Positions 54,567 through 63,607 are shown, counted from the stretch's first letter. The stretch: DNA of 64,000 nucleotides from a virus (IMGVR_UViG_3300028048_000112:24956-88955), one strand, 5' to 3'. Made by a program: numbers and translations. The notes: a model not told the origin generated them from the sequence alone.

Positions 54567-55580
54567 CTATTCATCCTCCTTTTCATCAGAATCTGCCATT
54601 TCATCTTTCTCACTTGTTTCCCTTGGACAAGTGACCTCCAATGTCACATTTTCAAACATTTTTGATTCGGCAACTTTTTCATATATTTGAAAATCTGCCC
54701 AACCGCAAATCATATCTTTAGGAACAGTTGCATCATTACAACTACGTTTCCATACACCATTAGTTTCGTCATACCACCCTGGAAATGTTATTATATTTTC
54801 ATTTCTAGGTATAGAAAATGCAAATATTAATACACCATCACAAGATTTTTTAGTAGGAACGTCATTCGGATTTTCCATTAGATTATGTATATGTGGCTTC
54901 ATTATAACTCTATCATTATTGTAAAATTTATTCCATATAGATTTCCTATAAAGTTCGGAACCTACATCACTGAGATAACCCGTTTTATAATTGGGATAGG
55001 TCAATTTCTTATTTTCTTTAATTTCATCTTTAATAGTTTCGGTAACTTCTTCTTTTTCCTTGTTAGAATCTGATACGTTATCGTTTACTTTAAAGAATGG
55101 TGACCAGCCAATTACATCACTGATTATCGGATTTGAATATCTATTAATTACTTTCCAACAACTGTTATTTATATCGTAAAAACCTGCAGTTGATACTATA
55201 CTATCTTCACTTTCGTCATATCTGAATATAATAACAGTATGACTAGGTTTTGGATACTCATTCGTTTTATCTCCTTCTTTAATTCGATGAAACACCATAA
55301 TCGGTAATTTCATTAAAAGATCATCTATTCGTTTTTCTCTGTTATGATATTTTGGTATGTATGTCCAAGCAACAATATCGTTTTGGTTTAACTCAGTCAT
55401 GAATATTTTATTGTACCAACCTTCTTCTTTGTTTACTCCACGATAATATGCTGCATTAAATCGATCTCCGTACCTTGTTTGAACATATACTTCCTCAGAC
55501 CATACAGAACTTTTACTAGGTGGCAGATCGCTTGGATCTTCGATTAAATCATGCCACACAATAGTCATTTCTTTATTCAT
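54567..55580 (-). CDS. Protein with three tandem DUF551-like repeats
   Basis: WHDL...LP...VAWTYIP; ...YPKP...GFYD...IGWSP; ...DVP...GWYD...CGWAD; start revised to MNKEM. Confidence 0.65.
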   Translation of the reverse strand: MNKEMTIVWHDLIEDPSDLPPSKSSVWSEEVYVQTRYGDRFNAAYYRGVNKEEGWYNKIFMTELNQNDIVAWTYIPKYHNREKRIDDLLMKLPIMVFHRIKEGDKTNEYPKPSHTVIIFRYDESEDSIVSTAGFYDINNSCWKVINRYSNPIISDVIGWSPFFKVNDNVSDSNKEKEEVTETIKDEIKENKKLTYPNYKTGYLSDVGSELYRKSIWNKFYNNDRVIMKPHIHNLMENPNDVPTKKSCDGVLIFAFSIPRNENIITFPGWYDETNGVWKRSCNDATVPKDMICGWADFQIYEKVAESKMFENVTLEVTCPRETSEKDEMADSDEKEDE

Positions 55581-55917
55581 AATTATTTCCTCCTCGGTTT
55601 TTCCTTTCAAATTTCTTTATTTTAGCCCAACCAAGTACAATATCGTCCCAACTATCGGTTGAGTCAAACATACCATCACTAGAATTTAAAACAAAATGAC
55701 CATTGTGAAAATCTAATATGCCATAAAACATAGAATTTTCATCGTGATCGACATTTGTAATGTAGCACAAATAAGAGCCTTCTTCTTCCGGTTTATCATC
55801 TGGATTATTTTCAAAATCGTGCCATTCTAAATCAATAGTTTGGATTAACTTCTTCCGAACTATATAAATAAGATAAATAAGAAGCATAACTATTACTATC
55901 ATTTCTACACCTGACAT
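55573..55917 (-). CDS. Single DUF551-like domain protein with an N-terminal hydrophobic anchor
   Basis: WHDFENNPDDKP...YLCY...VLGWAKI. Confidence 0.65.
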   Translation of the reverse strand: MSGVEMIVIVMLLIYLIYIVRKKLIQTIDLEWHDFENNPDDKPEEEGSYLCYITNVDHDENSMFYGILDFHNGHFVLNSSDGMFDSTDSWDDIVLGWAKIKKFERKNRGGNNYE

Positions 55918-55919
55918 AA

Positions 55920-56162
55920 TTATTTCCTCCTCTCGATTTTTAATCCTTTGACTTTAGATTTAGTTGTAGGCGTTTTCTTTTTCCTTTTCACACGGTCTTT
56001 ATGACTCATATGTTTATCTTTATTATACTCTCCAGCAGCACCTTTCATTTGTACTGGTTCATATTCTATAGGAGGAAATCCTCCATCAGAATCACAACCA
56101 AATATACTAGAAGTAAATGTACTAAATGCTGCCAGAGTTGTAAAAAGTCTTTTCTTATTCAT
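55920..56162 (-). CDS. Small putative lipoprotein
   Basis: MNKKR + hydrophobic core + IFGC lipobox-like; basic tail. Confidence 0.55.
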   Translation of the reverse strand: MNKKRLFTTLAAFSTFTSSIFGCDSDGGFPPIEYEPVQMKGAAGEYNKDKHMSHKDRVKRKKKTPTTKSKVKGLKIERRK

Positions 56163-56180
56163 TTTCTGTTTATCCCCTTA

Positions 56181-56585
56181 TCATTCTAGCCAAATGCCAA
56201 TGAATAATGAACCAGTTTTATGATCCATATTCACATCAGCAATAATTCCTTTTCTAGCCATCAATGGAAGACAATCTTTTACTTCACGGTATGGAATTGA
56301 ACCAAGCTTTTCGTCGAGTATTAGTTCCTTAAAAGCCCATTCAGTAATATAGACGTATTTCTTATTATTTCTATTATTTGTACCATAAAATTCAAGAATT
56401 TCAAATTCTTTTGATACATATGGGTCACGTATCCCATATTTAAAAATTCCTCTCCACATAAAATAATCTTTAGAAATAATTTCCCAATCAAAATCCTTTA
56501 TTGCGGCTTCAACCGTACTACAGATAATATTAACACATTTGTCAACATCAGGATTTATCTTCTCCACCAATTCTTTTAATTTCAT
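56181..56585 (-). CDS. Early hypothetical protein
   Basis: GGAGG SD; promoter at 56618. Confidence 0.75.
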   Translation of the reverse strand: MKLKELVEKINPDVDKCVNIICSTVEAAIKDFDWEIISKDYFMWRGIFKYGIRDPYVSKEFEILEFYGTNNRNNKKYVYITEWAFKELILDEKLGSIPYREVKDCLPLMARKGIIADVNMDHKTGSLFIGIWLE

Positions 56586-56617
56586 AATACATGTCCTCCA
56601 TAAAATAATGTCAATAG

Positions 56618-56629
56618 AATAATATATAA
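56618..56629 (-). promoter_or_regulatory. Early-type promoter (1 mismatch)
   Basis: TTATATATTATT. Confidence 0.65.
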
Positions 56630-56639
56630 ATAAAAAAAA

Positions 56640-56689
56640 GAAACCGTAGCAATCCGGTACAGAAAACCTCCTAAGAGGTTTTACTGTTT
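56640..56689 (-). repeat. Structured 3' element family 2 (double hairpin plus U-tract), copy 1
   Basis: Minus strand: ACAG-T-AAAACCTC-TTAG-GAGGTTTT-CTGT-ACCG-GATTGCTA-CGGT-TTCTTTTTTT. Confidence 0.85.
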
Positions 56690-56706
56690 ATGAAATGAGA
56701 AATCGA

Positions 56707-57171
56707 TCAAAGAATTTTTACACAGATGTCCTTAGATTCTTCGAATGCTTTGATAATGGCTTTCTTGGTCCACCATTCTGCGGGTCGTACAACCCCATAA
56801 TTTTCATCCCAGATCTCAGGAACAAATCTGATCTCATCATCAGGTTGTATAATACCGATTTTGCAAAACTCGTTGAGTGTTCCATCTTCTTTCGTGACGA
56901 CATATTTGAGTGCCTCTGGATCAGTAATCCAGTTCCATGCACCAGCTTTGTCCTTTATTTCCTTCCATTCTGCCTTTGTGATATTATCCCTAAGATCATG
57001 AAGCTCGTCAGCTTCATCCCCAAGATATACAATTTTCCCTTCCTGTTTCCAAATCGAGTCTGGATCTTTTAAATACAGAGCACCGTCGTGCTCCTCAGTA
57101 TACATTTCACTGCTCCATTTAGACAATTCATTGATGAAATTCTTTGCAAACTCGCTAACTTTAACCTTCAT
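56707..57171 (-). CDS. Acidic early hypothetical protein
   Basis: AAGGAG SD; ~120-nt leader from the promoter at 57291. Confidence 0.8.
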   Translation of the reverse strand: MKVKVSEFAKNFINELSKWSSEMYTEEHDGALYLKDPDSIWKQEGKIVYLGDEADELHDLRDNITKAEWKEIKDKAGAWNWITDPEALKYVVTKEDGTLNEFCKIGIIQPDDEIRFVPEIWDENYGVVRPAEWWTKKAIIKAFEESKDICVKIL

Positions 57172-57290
57172 AATATTTCTCCTTGTGTTTTATCCCCTTT
57201 CGGTAGTCTAGTTCTCTCTAGAGCCGCTTTATTTCTCTTAATCACGGTCTTTTGGTTGTTTTGTTTTCACTCATATGAGCTACTCATTAA

Positions 57291-57302
57291 TATAATATAT
57301 AA
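57291..57302 (-). promoter_or_regulatory. Early-type promoter
   Basis: Exact motif. Confidence 0.75.
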
Positions 57303-57351
57303 ACAAAAAAAAATAACTAGGACAATTGTCCTAGTTATTATAAAAACGTTT

Positions 57352-57513
57352 TTACGGATTAACTTTTACTTCCTGAATAAGAGCCAGTGATCCATCAGAC
57401 TTTTTCTGGTAGAGTTCGATGTCGTCGATCTTTACTTTGACCTCTGTTTCCTTTGGATCGGAAGCTTTAATTGCGCCTTCGAGAAGGCCCTTGTCAAGTT
57501 TAATTGTAAACAT
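57352..57513 (-). CDS. Small early protein (53 aa), paralog of 57613..57789
   Basis: MFTIKLDKGLLEGAIKAS...KKSDGSLALIQEVKVNP*. Confidence 0.75.
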   Translation of the reverse strand: MFTIKLDKGLLEGAIKASDPKETEVKVKIDDIELYQKKSDGSLALIQEVKVNP

Positions 57514-57552
57514 AGTATTCTCCTTGAGTAGGGTTGTTTTCCCACTCATAAA

Positions 57553-57564
57553 TATAATATATAA
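57553..57564 (-). promoter_or_regulatory. Early-type promoter
   Basis: Exact motif. Confidence 0.75.
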
Positions 57565-57612
57565 ATAAAAAAAAAAATAACTAGGGCGTTGCCCTAGTTA
57601 TTATAAAACATT

Positions 57613-57789
57613 TTACGGATTATCGATTTTTACTTCCTGAATAGGAATTAAAGATCCATCTGGCTTTTTAAAATAGAGGTAATTGTCGAGCTTTACTATT
57701 ACTCCTACTTCATTTTTCGGTTTATTCACACCATTAGATGCTTTAATTTTACCTTTAAGAGGATTATTATTGAATACAAGTTTAAACAT
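57613..57789 (-). CDS. Small protein (58 aa, not in track), paralog of 57352..57513
   Basis: AAGGAG SD; MFKLVFNNNPLKGKIKAS...KKPDGSLIPIQEVKIDNP*. Confidence 0.8.
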   Translation of the reverse strand: MFKLVFNNNPLKGKIKASNGVNKPKNEVGVIVKLDNYLYFKKPDGSLIPIQEVKIDNP

Positions 57790-57814
57790 ATTTTCTCCTT
57801 TAGATTAAGTTTAA

Positions 57815-58141
57815 TCATAACGATAAAGGTTTTCCTTTAAATTTGTTTAAAACTAGTTTAGTTAATTCCGGTGATGGAATTTTGAAAATCGTTCCTAAAG
57901 CTCCATCGCGTTCTGTGACAGTAAAATCTTTCACAGTTTTAGTAGCTTTATCAAACACTACATTTGCGCAAGTATATCCGGGATACCTTATAAACCAACC
58001 ATATTCTGTATCAGTTTCAAATGTATCCGGAACACCATTGTGCTCAAATATGTAAACATGATATCCATCACATTTGCAATCATCACTAACATATTCGTCA
58101 AGGAACATTGTCAACTCATTTCTTATACCTAAAATGCCCAT
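57815..58141 (-). CDS. Hypothetical protein
   Basis: 108 aa ORF. Confidence 0.7.
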   Translation of the reverse strand: MGILGIRNELTMFLDEYVSDDCKCDGYHVYIFEHNGVPDTFETDTEYGWFIRYPGYTCANVVFDKATKTVKDFTVTERDGALGTIFKIPSPELTKLVLNKFKGKPLSL

Positions 58142-58258
58142 AATATTTGTAACCTAATCTCCTTATATCAATCGTTTGTTAAGTACGACGTACTCATTAT
58201 CATAACATAAAGGTGGAATCAGTCAAATGACTCCACCTATAATAAATTGAATTATGTT

Positions 58259-58504
58259 TTAATTTGACGCAACTAATACAAATTCGTCGACTCGTTTATA
58301 AGATACGACTTTTCCTTCCTTTACGTTTTTATCAAGGTCAGCATAAGCATCATCTTTTGTATCAAAACAACACGGACAAATGTGTTCTTTATTTGGAGTA
58401 CAATTAACAAATCTCCATCCATATTTTTTATCAAACATTAAAGCAACCTGTCTTTTCGATCCATCAGGTTTAATTATTTCGAGCAAATCCAACATCGTTT
58501 CCAT
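58259..58504 (-). CDS. Hypothetical protein with a C/H cluster (HICPCC)
   Basis: Start revised to METML after AGGAGG. Confidence 0.7.
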   Translation of the reverse strand: METMLDLLEIIKPDGSKRQVALMFDKKYGWRFVNCTPNKEHICPCCFDTKDDAYADLDKNVKEGKVVSYKRVDEFVLVASN

Positions 58505-58691
58505 TATCGGTTTCCTCCTTTTTATGATCATCGACAAATTTACCATATTTTAACATACAAACAATCCAGTCCAATTCTTCTCTAGAAATATTTAATTTTA
58601 TTCTAGTAGAAAGATTTGAACTGGATTTATTCTGTATTCCGACTAGATAACCAATAAGTCTCGCATCAAACTCGGAATTAGTAGAACTCAT
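58470..58691 (-). CDS. Small protein translationally coupled to the RNAP subunit
   Basis: ATGA-type overlap with the stop of 58688..60808. Confidence 0.6.
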   Translation of the reverse strand: MSSTNSEFDARLIGYLVGIQNKSSSNLSTRIKLNISREELDWIVCMLKYGKFVDDHKKEETDNGNDVGFARNN

Positions 58692-60808
58692 ATTATCTTT
58701 CCTTTCTTTAAAGCCTTTCTCATATATGAGAAATCGTGCTTTACAGAAGTCTTAAACAATGAGTCATGTATACCTTCTCCGATACTAGGATCCTTGTAGA
58801 AAGAATCTATATCTTTGAACAATTTTGTAAGTTCCTGATAAATGAGTGCTGAATATAAATCGCCCTTAAATATAGATGTTTTAAGGTTTATAACATTCAA
58901 CTTAACATCCTTTTTACTGAAATCAGGACGTTTCATCACATTATCTGGACATCTTGTTAAAGCATATATTGCAGGTTCTATAAAGACCATTTCTTTATCT
59001 TTCAAACCAGCTTCGATAATAAGATTTGTAAAATCTCTAATAGGTTCATCAAGATTATCGTACCATGTTGGCTTAGCACGTTCTATAATATTCTTGAGAT
59101 TCTTCAGATACCTAGAAGTTTCTGCAGTAATATATTTGACATTAAATACTGCTGTTCCAGGTTTAATATCTTCAAGATGTAATATAGCTTGATCTGAATC
59201 AATAGGAATTTCAATCTTCTTAATAGAACTAAGATTCATCATCTCTTCAGATAAAGTCAAGAAAGAACCATCGAATTTGATTTCTGTAACAACTTCGTTT
59301 TCCTCTTCAGTCATTTCGTCATAAGTTTTAACGACTAATGAAACATCAGAAAGCATTTTAGAAACCAATGATGAACCATCGGTTTCTCCATCATCTTCAT
59401 CGCCATTGTCATATTCATCGTTATTCAAACGATCAAGAACGTCTTCGATATATTCCTTATTGAAAATCAAGGAGACTTTTTCTGGGCCATGCATAGGTTT
59501 TAGAACAAGTCTAGATTCTACAATAGAGAAATATGTTAGCAATTCTGGATTATCGAACTCTTTTGTTTTTGTACCAGAGTGATGTTTTACTGCCATAACA
59601 GCATTAGACAATGGATTCTGAACTTCGGTACTTGTAGCTCCACCAATCATATATTCATCTTTAAAATCTTTTGGTGATCCATAACATGCTTTACATACAT
59701 GATGTCTGTCAGGATGCGCACAGCAACACATACTTCTTAACCGTATAGTAGTACCAATAAGATCTTTATCGTTCTTTGTTACAGATTTCAATTTACCATT
59801 AGGAAGAATCATATTCTTTCCAACAATAAAATTCAAATGCTTTTCGCTTTCGACTTCATAATTGATGTAATTAGGGGTTCCACAATCTTCCATATTGTAA
59901 TCAATCTTTAAGAACATTCCAGAAAGATTTGTCTCTCTAGACATATATCCAGACACACCAACATAATTCTTTTTATAGAACAATGCTTTAGAAGCAATTT
60001 CTGCTTCAGCAATATAGTCACCAACATTCTGAAGACCATTAAGATAAGAAGTTTTCATAACGTGATTCATAACAACATTAGAAGAACTCATACGTGGTCC
60101 TACAGCTACAAGCAACTGCGTAAGCTGTTGTTCATTAATACAATTAGAATCGATAAATGGAACAAGACATGATCTACCATCAGAAACTATAACCTCTTTA
60201 AGTTTCTTACCATCTTCAACCAATTCGTTTTCAATCTGATGAAAAGATTTTGTTGTATCAAGTTGTGTAGATAGCAATTTATTAAACTTGTCATTACGAT
60301 GACAGAATTCTGAAAGATCGAAAAGCGAAATAGTAGGTGCAGCTATAAGAGAAAGTGTCTCTGTAAGCTTAGTCATTCTTTCAGTAAGGTTAGAAAGTAT
60401 CCAAGAGAATACTCTTTTAGAATTAAGTTTCTTTTTCTTGATAATAGGATATATCTTATTCTGACACATATTATCGATATAGGAATGATAGGACTTCAAA
60501 AATTCTTTATCAACATCAATGAGCCAATCCTTAGTAATAGGAATTTTATACATAAAATTAAATTCAAGAAAGTACAAATTGATTAAGAATTGAAATAATG
60601 TTATATGATATTCTTCATTATTCTCATCAAAAATTGTAACATTATTTTCCATGCGCTTATAATCATCGAGCATATAATTCGTAATAAACTCACAAAAGAG
60701 ATCATAATCATATTTTGTGGTAAAATTTTCATGAATATTTTTAAGTTGTAATTCAAGTTGTCCCTTATATAGGGACTGTACAAGTTCATTTGTTTGAAAA
60801 GAAATCAT
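58688..60808 (-). CDS. rpoC: Split multisubunit RNA polymerase, beta'-C-terminal subunit (probably non-virion RNAP)
   Basis: Bridge helix GL...SGYMSR; Zn site DCG...LRSMCCC...VCKACYG; trigger-loop-like QNPLSNAVMAVKHH; no NADFDGD in this ORF, so a split subunit. Confidence 0.85.
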   Translation of the reverse strand: MISFQTNELVQSLYKGQLELQLKNIHENFTTKYDYDLFCEFITNYMLDDYKRMENNVTIFDENNEEYHITLFQFLINLYFLEFNFMYKIPITKDWLIDVDKEFLKSYHSYIDNMCQNKIYPIIKKKKLNSKRVFSWILSNLTERMTKLTETLSLIAAPTISLFDLSEFCHRNDKFNKLLSTQLDTTKSFHQIENELVEDGKKLKEVIVSDGRSCLVPFIDSNCINEQQLTQLLVAVGPRMSSSNVVMNHVMKTSYLNGLQNVGDYIAEAEIASKALFYKKNYVGVSGYMSRETNLSGMFLKIDYNMEDCGTPNYINYEVESEKHLNFIVGKNMILPNGKLKSVTKNDKDLIGTTIRLRSMCCCAHPDRHHVCKACYGSPKDFKDEYMIGGATSTEVQNPLSNAVMAVKHHSGTKTKEFDNPELLTYFSIVESRLVLKPMHGPEKVSLIFNKEYIEDVLDRLNNDEYDNGDEDDGETDGSSLVSKMLSDVSLVVKTYDEMTEEENEVVTEIKFDGSFLTLSEEMMNLSSIKKIEIPIDSDQAILHLEDIKPGTAVFNVKYITAETSRYLKNLKNIIERAKPTWYDNLDEPIRDFTNLIIEAGLKDKEMVFIEPAIYALTRCPDNVMKRPDFSKKDVKLNVINLKTSIFKGDLYSALIYQELTKLFKDIDSFYKDPSIGEGIHDSLFKTSVKHDFSYMRKALKKGKII

Positions 60809-60855
60809 AAGCGTTAAACCTTCCTTAAGTATATTGTTATTGTGTTTATCACTTT

Positions 60856-60867
60856 TAAAATATATAA
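60856..60867 (-). promoter_or_regulatory. Early-type promoter (1 mismatch) upstream of the RNAP subunit
   Basis: TTATATATTTTA. Confidence 0.6.
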
Positions 60868-60886
60868 ATGAAAAAATTACAAAAAA

Positions 60887-60932
60887 AAAATCTTACTCAC
60901 ATCCACCTTTCGGTGGAATGCTTTCGGATTTT
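60887..60932 (-). repeat. Structured 3' element family 1, copy D
   Basis: Minus strand: AAAATCC-GAAAG-CAT-T-CCACC-GAAA-GGTGG-ATG-TGAGTA-AGATTTT-TTTTT. Confidence 0.8.
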
Positions 60933-60949
60933 TAAGAGAACAGCACAGC

Positions 60950-61336
60950 TTATTTATTAGTTAAGCTGAATACCAGTGTCCAGTCACAATAAAATGGAGC
61001 ATCACGTTTGTCATCTTTTTCATATCTTGTGACATAATTCTTAAGATAAGCTTCTTTGTAATCTGGCATGTTTGTCAACATCCAGAATGCACGCTCAATC
61101 CTAGAATATAACGGATCACTAATGAAATCTACTGTTGATAAATTATGAAAACCACATTTGCCTAACACGACTTCCATAAATTGCCTTGTTTCCGCTGGTT
61201 CCAACCTGAACAGAAACTTGTTAATGACACCGATCTCAATAGTAGACCAGTCAAATGTTTTGACCGTTTCTACAAATGCTTTTGCGATCTCTTTAGCGAG
61301 ATCCTCTTCTTTTTCTAACCTTTCTTCGATAGTCAT
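60950..61336 (-). CDS. Early hypothetical protein
   Basis: Start revised to MTIEER after AGGAGGAG. Confidence 0.75.
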   Translation of the reverse strand: MTIEERLEKEEDLAKEIAKAFVETVKTFDWSTIEIGVINKFLFRLEPAETRQFMEVVLGKCGFHNLSTVDFISDPLYSRIERAFWMLTNMPDYKEAYLKNYVTRYEKDDKRDAPFYCDWTLVFSLTNK

Positions 61337-61340
61337 AGTT

Positions 61341-61808
61341 TTACTCCTCCTCTTTCTTATCAGCCAAATATACACTTTCGTCTTCTTCAACGGAAGAATC
61401 GAAAAGATCAGAATAATTAATACCGGATTGTTTGCACAAATCCTTTACCAACTCCTGGAACAAGAAGTCCGTTGTTCCATCAATTTCTTTGGTGAAGAAC
61501 CTGATTTCAAATTTTCTATCGCTTAATGGAGCGATTTTGTACCAGGCTCCAGGTTTTCCACCTTTTACGATCAAATCATTCGGGGAAATGTATTCTATAG
61601 CACTGCGCGCTGTATCACTTCCGACGATATTTAACTGAATGATGTATGTAGTACACACATTCGTCTCAGATGCCAATTCGGCATCAGTCCAATAATCGGG
61701 CTTGCCGAATACCATCGCTAGCTGCTTGTAGCAGCTTTCTTTTTTCGCTTTACGTTTTTCGTTGCACTGTGCAATAAAATCTCCCATAGTAATTTTCTCT
61801 TCATCCAT
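61341..61808 (-). CDS. Early hypothetical protein
   Basis: Start revised to MDEEK after AAGGAG; in-frame upstream ATG at 61853. Confidence 0.75.
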   Translation of the reverse strand: MDEEKITMGDFIAQCNEKRKAKKESCYKQLAMVFGKPDYWTDAELASETNVCTTYIIQLNIVGSDTARSAIEYISPNDLIVKGGKPGAWYKIAPLSDRKFEIRFFTKEIDGTTDFLFQELVKDLCKQSGINYSDLFDSSVEEDESVYLADKKEEE

Positions 61809-61856
61809 AATAATACTCCTTGAACAGGTTTGGATTTTGTTTATCCTGCTCATTAT

Positions 61857-61868
61857 TATAATATATAA
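61857..61868 (-). promoter_or_regulatory. Early-type promoter
   Basis: Exact motif. Confidence 0.75.
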
Positions 61869-61915
61869 ATAAAAAAGAAGAAGTGAGATTAGATCTCACT
61901 TCTTTTTATAAATCA

Positions 61916-62254
61916 TCATGAATTAGATGATGAATTATCACCCAATTTTGTAATAGCTGCTTCAACGAAATTATTTACACAACTTGAGATACATCGTCCA
62001 ATTACAACAAGTGCTGCTGTTTTCGCAATGTGTTTTGCAAAGATTTTAATTCGAAGGTTTCGTTCTTCTTTTTTTCGTTCTTCTTTACTCTGTTCAGGAT
62101 AGTAATCCGGATCCAAATCAGAAACTTCTTTTCTAATCGAGTGGATACATTTAGCACCTGCTAAAATGTCTCCAATGATAACACCTGTTGCGACATTATC
62201 ATTTGCTTTTTCTAATAGCGATTTAATCACATCATTACTAGATTCTTTTTCCAT
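61916..62254 (-). CDS. Early hypothetical protein
   Basis: Start revised to MEKES after AAGGAG. Confidence 0.75.
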   Translation of the reverse strand: MEKESSNDVIKSLLEKANDNVATGVIIGDILAGAKCIHSIRKEVSDLDPDYYPEQSKEERKKEERNLRIKIFAKHIAKTAALVVIGRCISSCVNNFVEAAITKLGDNSSSNS

Positions 62255-62296
62255 AATTATTCTCCTTGAGAAAATAGTTTCCCTATTTCTCATTAT

Positions 62297-62308
62297 TATA
62301 ATATATAA
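62297..62308 (-). promoter_or_regulatory. Early-type promoter
   Basis: Exact motif. Confidence 0.75.
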
Positions 62309-62352
62309 CTATAAATAAAAAAGAAGGACAAAAGTCCTTCTTTTAAAACAGA

Positions 62353-63072
62353 TTATTTAGTCCAACAATCTTTTAAATCATGATAATTATAATAATATCT
62401 GATTCCGAGTTTTGGATATTTCATTTCCGAATCTCTTATATTAGAATTACTATATTTATCATATACATATTTTTTGAATTCTTCAGGTTCACGAATAACG
62501 ATAATATTCTTGAAACCCATTTTAGTAACAATTCTGTTGCACATATCGTTAAGATAGTTTGCTGTTCGTGATACAACCACATTTTTATTGTTTATGCATA
62601 GTACACGATTATTTTTCCATTCAGGATCTGAATCATCTATCGGATCAATAATGTTTTTATAAAGAAAATCATTATAAATCCTCTCAATGTCAGTTATTGT
62701 AACTCCACATTTTCCACATAAAGAATCACAAGAATCCTTATTGAGACCAGCTTTGGGATAAACGAATTTGTATTCTTTATCATCCTCAAACAACGAATCG
62801 TAAATATAATTGTTTGTATAATTCACTGTAAATCTACGTTTATCGTAGTCATCTAATGCATAAACGTTTTTTAGTGTAGAATAAATATAATCGTCATCAC
62901 CAATATACTCAATAGTGTCAAAGAAGCTTCTATAACGATTCATAGAAACTATCGAATAATATACAAACCTATCGATCAGATATTCAAAACTTCTAAGATT
63001 AGGTTTGGATCTTTTACGAGTTGTAATTTTATTTTCTCCTCGTAATCTTTTAGTAGCAGTCAATATAATCAT
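62353..63072 (-). CDS. Early hypothetical protein
   Basis: Start revised to MIILT after GGAGG. Confidence 0.75.
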   Translation of the reverse strand: MIILTATKRLRGENKITTRKRSKPNLRSFEYLIDRFVYYSIVSMNRYRSFFDTIEYIGDDDYIYSTLKNVYALDDYDKRRFTVNYTNNYIYDSLFEDDKEYKFVYPKAGLNKDSCDSLCGKCGVTITDIERIYNDFLYKNIIDPIDDSDPEWKNNRVLCINNKNVVVSRTANYLNDMCNRIVTKMGFKNIIVIREPEEFKKYVYDKYSNSNIRDSEMKYPKLGIRYYYNYHDLKDCWTK

Positions 63073-63089
63073 ATCATAACCTCCAAAAA

Positions 63090-63101
63090 GATAATATATA
63101 A
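63090..63101 (-). promoter_or_regulatory. Early-type promoter (1 mismatch)
   Basis: TTATATATTATC. Confidence 0.65.
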
Positions 63102-63113
63102 ATAAAAAAAAAA

Positions 63114-63163
63114 GAAACCATAGCAATCCGGTACAGAAAACCCCTTATGGAGTTTTACTGTTT
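63114..63163 (-). repeat. Structured 3' element family 2, copy 2
   Basis: Minus strand: ACAG-T-AAAACTCC-ATAA-GGGGTTTT-CTGT-ACCG-GATTGCTA-TGGT-TTCTTTT. Confidence 0.85.
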
Positions 63164-63180
63164 TTAAATATGGAGGTTAG

Positions 63181-63546
63181 TTAAGATTCTGACAGAAGAT
63201 CGACTTCCAAATAATAGTGGATATCGGTCGGATTGTCTGGATCCCAACATCTTGTTAGTTTGGCATGATGTGGATCTCCATCAAGGTCCGTGAAGTCTAT
63301 CCATTTAGAAACCGAGACCCAGCTATCAAAACCATCAAAACTGTTGAGATGCCAACTGTTATCTGTTTCAACGATATCTGCATCTGATAATGAGAAAATC
63401 GGTTCAACATTGTCATCACCGTGATCTTTAAATGTGGAATCTACAATGCCTAGAAGCACTTCTGTATGATCCTTCTCCCTGCTAAGATCTCCAATTTTTA
63501 CAGTTGTTCCACTATTTTTATTAAACATCTTCTCAACAAATTTCAT
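63181..63546 (-). CDS. Acidic early hypothetical protein
   Basis: AAGGAG SD, Asp-rich. Confidence 0.8.
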   Translation of the reverse strand: MKFVEKMFNKNSGTTVKIGDLSREKDHTEVLLGIVDSTFKDHGDDNVEPIFSLSDADIVETDNSWHLNSFDGFDSWVSVSKWIDFTDLDGDPHHAKLTRCWDPDNPTDIHYYLEVDLLSES

Positions 63547-63607
63547 AAAATACTCCTTTGCGAATATTAATTCGCCTCTTAATTTATAAGTACAATGTAC
63601 TCATAAA

